From Malacoraja senta (lineage: Eukaryota), in assembly GCA_038087875.1 (NCBI GenBank), contig JAXLNO010000315.1, positions 1 to 64,000 of the forward strand: a stretch of DNA of 64,000 bases. Reading direction: 5' to 3'. Positions within the stretch are counted from its first letter, which is position 1, and each line of letters begins with the position of its first letter. The position numbers and the translations under genes were made by a program. The notes below the pieces were generated by a model, which saw only the letters and a program-made list of their open reading frames with translations, was not told the origin of the DNA and ran no database searches. Positions 57,430-64,000 of this stretch are shown one piece after another.

Positions 57430-60400
57430 TTTATTCTCGCCTTCTTCATTGCAAAATCATCCAGATGTTCACCACGATCTGTTTGTCTAAGTTTGTCACT
57501 CTCAATGCACAGAATGCTCAATGCAGATGACCTCTCGAGACATTGTGGACCTTCATTCATTTTTAATTCTTTTGAGTCTTGAAAAAGATCTCTCTCCCGA
57601 GCAGTTGGTGACCATTAAGCTAAGAAACAGCCGCAAGATTGCTTCCACATTAGGGAAGGCCATCTGAATTGTTTCCTTGTATATTATTTGATAAAGGTCT
57701 GTATGAGACAGGGAGTGCTCTTCTGTGTGCCTATGGCTTTGTCTCACGTACGAGTGAAAGTGCAAAAGTTAATCTGTAAGTTCCATGTCAACATCTTCTG
57801 GGTATGCGTCCATCAACAGTTCAACACCTTGCTGAATTTCTTGCTTAGATGCGTTCAGATTAGCAAGAAAGGAAAAACTTGTGCAACTTCAGTGTACACA
57901 GTACCTCTTCTTTTTAAATTGGTTTCAAGTGCATCTAGTATAGGAATAAAGGATTTTATCCTAAACCTATCTCTTGAAGAGAGTTTATCTAAAGCATCAG
58001 GACCAGGTGCACTTCCATCATTTCCTTGCCATTTCCTTACTCTTTGTCTCCCTGTGACTGTTCTGTAGTTAACATCTGGCAAGGTGGCCTTTGTTTGTTG
58101 CTCAAGCTCATTAAAATCTTCTCTAATTTTGATTACAAAATCTTGAAGTGAACTGTACAAACTTGCACAAGTACTCAATAACAGTTTAGATTTCTGAATG
58201 GCTTTGTTGACCTTGTGGAAATGACCTAGCAGACAGGTCCAAAAATGCAGCATAAACACAAATTCCAGTTCTTCCATTTTCTGCAAAAGATTGTTAGCTT
58301 GAAGCCTGGTATCACCCTTCACATTAACATCAGAGTACAAATGACTGAGGGCATCAGTGATAGTGCTGTAACTTTCCAAAATAGCTTCTGTGGCTTTTGC
58401 ATGTGCCTGCCACCTAGTGTCTGACAAATATTTAGGCACTTTTGACTGAGGTTGCAAAAATGATTTTAGAACTGCCCATCTCTTTGTGGAGGGTGAAAAT
58501 AAGGTATAAATTTCATTGATAATTCCAAAACAGTTCACTGCATCAAGGCAGCAATCAACAGCCGAACGGCCCACCAAATTTAATGAGTGAGCAGCGCATG
58601 GAATAAATCTTGCAATTTTTTTTTTCTCGAGGATTTTTTGTTGCATACCCTTGTACCTACCAGACACGTTGGCAGCATTGTCATAAGACTGCCCTCGGCA
58701 TTTTCTAAAGTCAATTTCAAGCTCAGTGGTGAATTAGTTAAACACAAAATCAGCCATGCTTTCTCCTGTGGTCTTTTAGCTCAAGGAAAGTAAAAAATCT
58801 CTCACTTGGTAAACTGTCTTCAGGTGTTACGTATCTGATAATTAAAGTCAACTGATCAGTATGTGAAATGTCAGGGGTGGAATCCACTGACAAGCTGAAA
58901 TATCCAGCCTTTTTCAAGTCAGCCAGAACTGCATCCTCAACTTTTCTTGCCATGAGTTGAATTATTTCCTCACATACAGTTTTTGACAAATAAGAGAGAT
59001 TTCCTGATCCGGAGTTTCCATACCGATTGCTATGAGCCAGTAAAAATGAATCAAATTTTGCAACTAGCTCTAAAAGACCAAGATAATTTCCGTTATTTGG
59101 AGATCCAAATTGTTCATTGTCTCCTCTGAATGGTAAAAGGGCTGTCTCACTGTGCGAGTTGACCCACGAGTGACCCCGAGTGAAAGACTCGTGGTTGCGT
59201 ACGATACTACAAGTTTATGATCCCGAGTTTAACCGAGTTCCCACGGGTATGTCTAAGTTTCCCGTTTACTTCTCATTTCTGCGATGTTCCAAGTTCGTCT
59301 CCCGAGTGTACCAAGTTCCTCTCCCGTTAATCTTGAGGCAACAATGTATATCGAAGTGTTTAAAAATCATCACATGTTAAAAAAATGATGTCATGCTTTT
59401 TTTTTACATACCATAAAAAGCCTGCCTTGTTTAAATTGGCTCATTTGGAGAAAATGTTTGCAAGAAGGCTATTGGAGTCCAGGTTGGAGCTTCGACTCTG
59501 ACTCCGCGGTTTTTTCGACCCAGCGCCGCCCGCCCTCGGCGGGACGCCCTCAGACCGCAGACCGCGGACCACAAACCGCAGACCGCGGCTGCTTGATGTT
59601 GGTGGTCGGCGGTCACAGCACTCCGGAGCGGCGACCCGGCAAGGCATCGCCCGCTCCGTGCATCAGAGGGATAACGGAACTAATCTCCCAGGTCTGTCCC
59701 TTCATCAAATGGTGAATCTGCTCCACTAAGACGGCCGTCTCCATATTCAGATTGCAAAGCAGCTAACGCAGCAGGCTGCAGCTCTGTATAACTGAGTGGT
59801 GATAGGTGGTGTAAAAGATTGTGATTATGGTCATGTTAAGAATTAAAAGTCATAAAATCAATGTGTGAAATGTGATTCTTATTTTTCAAAGTCTCTCATA
59901 GGAAACAATGAGCGTATCCCAGGGAGAGGGGGAGAAAGGGACGTACACTCACAGAGGCAGAGTCTCTCAGCCTGTGTGAGAGGGAGGGAGGGAGAGAGAG
60001 ACACACACACAAGGTGGATGTGAAATCTCACCTACCTGTTTCAGTGACAGGCACCCGCAGCCAGTGAATGAAGCCACCCCCATCTGTCTCCCCTCCTCTC
60101 CCTCCACTCTCCTCCCTCTCTCCTCCACCCCACCCACCTCACCCCCCCTCCCCCAATTTGGAAATGTCATCCCATCACCCATTCCTTCTCTCCAGAGATG
60201 CTGCCTGCCCTCTGAGTTAAAGAGTTCCCACTTGCAGCAGCTAAACAGGCCAGTAAACACAATACTCATAGATAATATACTAAACAAAGAAAATATATAT
60301 TAAAAAATCCAGTATTATTGCAAAAATCCCAAAGTCCTTAGTGCAAACAAGGCAGTTTGTAGTTCATAGTTTAGTTAGCATTTGTTGCGTTCAAAAGCCC

Positions 60401-62132
60401 GATGGTTGTTGGGAAGAAGCTGTTCTTGAACCTGGAGGTCATGGTTTTCAGATTCTTATACCTTCTGCTCAGCAGGAATGAAATGAGAGCATGGCCAGGG
60501 TAGTGTGGGTCCATGACAATGCTGGCTGCCTTTTTGAGGCAGCACCTCCTATAGAACCCTTTGATTCAGTAAAGTTCAGTAAAGAGATCGGGAATCTGGC
60601 ATCATGGCCTGACAATAAAACCCAGCCTTTAACATCCGCATAATGAAAGAGCTGGTGTTGTCCTACGGAACAGGGGTGCAGGAGAGGTGAACACAACCCT
60701 GTCTTCTTCAACAGCACTGGTAGAGATGGCTTCTGGACGTGACTGGCAAACCTCAGATTAGGCTGCCATGAAGTGTCATAAAATGTTCTCACGCTGTTCC
60801 TCAATACTGGTTTGTCTTAAGGTTGTGAGCTCAGTCCCAAATACACAAAATTTATATATAAACTTCAAGCAATTTTTTCTTTTCTACCCACTCTGTCACC
60901 TTATCAATAACTTACTTAACTTTGTTAAGCAGAATTTGTCTTTAAAAAGTCTAAGTAACTGATATTTCTGTCCCTGATTATTGTTTCTAAAAAGAGTTCC
61001 CACGGTAGACTCACGAGTCACAAAGTTAAACGCACGGGCCACTACGTTCTTACAACGAGTTTAAAATGTTTCAAATTTTAACCTCAAGAGTACATTTTAC
61101 TCGTGGAAAAGTACAAACATGTTTGAACTTTTGCAAGAGTTAACAAGTTTCACGTGTACCTCCCGTTAGCGCCAAGAGTCGCTAAGTTGCGTCCACGAGT
61201 TCCGACGTTCCCGCTACGTTAATTGTACGTGATTACCACGAGTTAAATTTGTTTTAAACTCGGGGTCACTCGTGGGTCAACTCGCAGTGAGACAGCCCTT
61301 TAAGCCTCGTTCGGCAAGTGCATATTACGGCAACAATTCTCTCCATGACATGCCACCAGTACTGCTGCTCTGCTTTTATTTGTTCCTGTAGCTTTGACAT
61401 TAACGTTTGCCCTCGCTTTCTTGTTAAGTAGGTCAACATGGCATTCCTGTGCTTCTCTGAGTTTTCATGAGTTTGGATAAGATAGGGGTTTCGCCAATCA
61501 TCAAACCCTTCAGAAGCTAAAGATGTAGCAGAAGAATAAGACGCAATGTTTGGAAAGAGTTTACAAACAAAGCAATATGAGGGAGAATACACAAGCCACT
61601 CTCGGCTATATGTTTCTCGATTGACTTTTGTTGAATAAAAAAGAGCCTTGGTGCAAGACCTAGACTGATTTTTATACACTCGCTTGGAATTTGAAAACGG
61701 TCCACAACGATGCTGAACTTGAGAGGGGCCCCTTTCTACCCAATACGATACGTCCTCATGTGATAATTCAGTCCACAAAGCAACGTCTGTTGCAGTACAT
61801 CTATATTTGGCATCATCAATCAGTTCTATATTTTCATTTTGAGCCAGCATCATGGCTGCTTCCTCATATTCAGCTTGCTGTTCCATGTCCTGCTTCGCTG
61901 TTTCTGTTTCAGGGAGGTTTTCTTCTGGTTCAATGCTAGTAGATGGCTGGATAGCTCCACCAGACTGATTTCCTTGTGTTAGTATCAATGTATCTGCTTC
62001 ACCACTGGCACTTGTTGCCTCTGTCTGTGGCTGACCCAAGAAAGCAGTGATTGGTCTTAACTTCTTTACCGTATCATTTTCAAGTCTCTTCCTCTTGCGC
62101 TTGCTAGCACCACTTTCAAATTTTTTACTCAT
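57430..62132 (-). pseudogene. hAT transposase (TTF zinc finger, DUF4371-like, dimerisation domain), disrupted
   Basis: REWLVYS..CFVCKLF; SVDSTPDISHTDQL; YDNAANVSG; CAAHSLNL; TRW; NCSGERSFSRLK. Confidence 0.92.
59137..61300. mobile_element. Non-autonomous Harbinger-type element inside the hAT transposase
   Basis: About 44-bp TIR AAGGGCTGTCTCACTG..; TAA TSD; AERGL|PFRG restored on removal. Confidence 0.88.
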
Positions 62133-63835
62133 GCTCAGATTAGAATCTGAAAAGAAAAAGAAAAATTAATCTTCAACAGTTATTAGAAAGGAAACATGAA
62201 GGGGCGTTCTCACAAAATGCAGTGCAATTGAGTGAAGAAAAAAAAATCTGTATAATAGTTGGTAAATATTTCTTAAAGAATTGTTCCTTATTGACAATTA
62301 TATTGCAAAACCTGAATCAAATCTGAATCAAATCTGCTTGAAAAAGACTAACTTATAATTAAACAAACAGGTTCACTTCTTAATAAACAGACAACTCACA
62401 AAGCAGTTTGGTAGACCAATTCAAAACTTTACTAATTATCGGCCGGTGGAAGGGACAAAGGTGAGGCCTCTGCTGCGGACAAACCGTTCGGTATCTGAGA
62501 GGGGGAGGTCAGGGGGGATGGTGAACACACGGCAGGGATGGGGGTTGGGGCCGGAGGAAGGCAGGTGAGTGGGCTGAGGCCGAGGTGATGTCTCGTGGGG
62601 GGGTGGTGGGTGGTCAGGATGGCATGAGGACTAGTGTGGGTGGGGAATAGCTGGGGTCACATGGTTTGAGGGGAATGGGGAAGACCCAGTGGAACAGCCA
62701 CTGAGGTTACCAGAGTTTGGGGGACTAGCATTAGGACCCAGCGCAGTCAAACCCAGGGTAGTGGGAATCTGCAGCGTAGAAACCAAAGATACTAGAGGAG
62801 CTCCTCTAGTATCTTTGGTGGAAAATTCAGGCCCGGTGATGAGTCCAGGCTGCAGGTAAGGCGACGGCTGCGGGCTGCTGGAGGGCGGTGGAGTGGCGAG
62901 CAAAGCGTGGGAGGTCCCGGTGGGCAGATGGTCGGTGGGGCGGCGAGGTTCGACGGGTCCGGTGGGGCGGCGAGGTGCGTCCACCCCAGGTGCGGCGGCG
63001 AATTGGGAAGGCCCCCCGTGCTGCGGCGAATTTGGTAGGCCCCCCGTGCGGCGGCGAATTGGGAAGGCCTCCCATGCGGCGGCGAATTTGGTAGGCCCCC
63101 TGTGCGGCGGCGAGGTGTCCGCTCCAGGTGCGGCGTGGAGGTGTGTAGGCACCCCGTGTGGTGTGGAGGTGTGTAGGCCCCACTAACGGCGGTGAGGGAA
63201 AAGGATTAAATAAACTACATACCTTTTCCGTTGTCCTGCACTTCCAATGATCCAAGGATGTGTGCAGCAAATTCCTCTCCACAACGAATATATACCTCAC
63301 CTGCATTTTAATCCCTTCCCCCCCTCCCCCCCACACCACCAAAGCCTCCGGAATCGCAAGCACAGCGCCACTGATGGTAGGTTTTGTAACAACACCACTA
63401 TCCCACAGCGCCACTGATGGTAGGGTTTGTAACAACGCCACTATCTCAAAAGTTTAACACACCTTGGTGCAGCGAGCAGAGCCCCCTCTAGATCTCGAGG
63501 CCCTAAGCTTAAGCTTGTCTAGCTTACACGTAAATCCAGCCCTGCATGTCGGTCTCCGCCGGTCGAGCCTCAGTGCCAGGATTCTTGTCACAGACGTGTC
63601 CGCCGCTCGGACTGGAAGTGTCCTTTGCCCCGACAGCTCCCAAGAGGGTGTGTACCTGTTTTCAAGAGGAACTTTCACTGAGGTCTCCTGCACTCGTTTC
63701 ATCCCCTGTCTTTCTGTCTCTACCCGTCGCACCTCCTGTACTCTTGGAGTGAGGACCTGACTGTAGGTTGTCCAGGATGCTTTCATCTTCCCGGATGGAC
63801 CGCAGTTCATCCAGCTGCTGCCCCAGTTCCCTAAC

Positions 63836-64000
63836 ATAATAATAATAATATCTTATATTGTCATTGCACATACGTGCAACGAGATTTGGTATGCAGCTTC
63901 CATCCGATGTCATAACTTAAACAACGAATAAAAGTTTAGATACCCAGAGAAACATGATTTATAAAAAAGAACAGTAAAACAGTCTAAAGTGCAAATAGGT
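63836..64000 (-). mobile_element. Rex1 3' tail running off the window
   Basis: Matches 5230-5390. Confidence 0.8.

Larger units (their letters stand above)
56900..63544 (-). mobile_element. hAT DNA transposon, complete ends
   Basis: TIR CAGGGC(C/T)GGATTTA; 8-bp TSD CAAGTCGG/CATGTCGG; subterminal repeats 62930-63180. Confidence 0.92.
48681..63835 (-). mobile_element. Degenerate near-full CR1 split by L2, SINE and hAT (48681-48830, 53128-53455, 54196-56899, 63545-63835)
   Basis: RT 54467..54994; EN ~55600-56220; SGNH ORF1 56411..56824 (VHVGTN, DGLHFN); ORF1 resumes after the hAT TSD. Confidence 0.85.

Noticed and set aside
57430..62132. Domesticated host gene (ZMYM1/ZNF862-like)
   Set aside because: Has TIRs, a TSD, frameshifts and an insertion; it is a dead transposon
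62631..63441. Pro/Arg-rich ORFs with repeats
   Set aside because: Translations of hAT subterminal 28-bp repeats

Overview
Eukaryotic, essentially all-transposon window with no recognisable host gene. The repeat repertoire (CR1 with (TTTCTATG) tails, Rex1/Babar, L2, Tx1, L1, Penelope, DIRS, epsilon-like ERV) points to a vertebrate, most likely a cartilaginous fish; this is inference only. The elements are deeply nested, and the nesting can be rebuilt from target-site duplications (TSDs). Nest 1 (about 4.7-24.9 kb): a DNA-transposon-like unit with a spliced ORF contains a Rex1 LINE, which contains a full-length L1 (16-bp TSD, 15.6 kb apart). That L1 contains an intact-ORF2 CR1 and an ERV pol-env block sitting where the L1 RT core is missing. 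At 25-29 kb is a deleted, scrambled second ERV. At 38-41 kb is a 51-bp minisatellite carrying a splice-donor consensus. Nest 2 (41-48.7 kb): a Rex1 contains a complete DIRS1-type element, which contains a young integrase-only Gypsy element with a 43-nt tRNA-Leu PBS. Nest 3 (48.7-64 kb): a CR1 contains a full-length L2 (with an artefactual N gap) and a hAT element, which contains a Harbinger-type element. Best candidates for novelty are the L1/ERV chimera, the extended-PBS integrase-only LTR element, a 190-bp TSD and an Ig-like motif in Env. All family assignments come from motif recognition without database searches.
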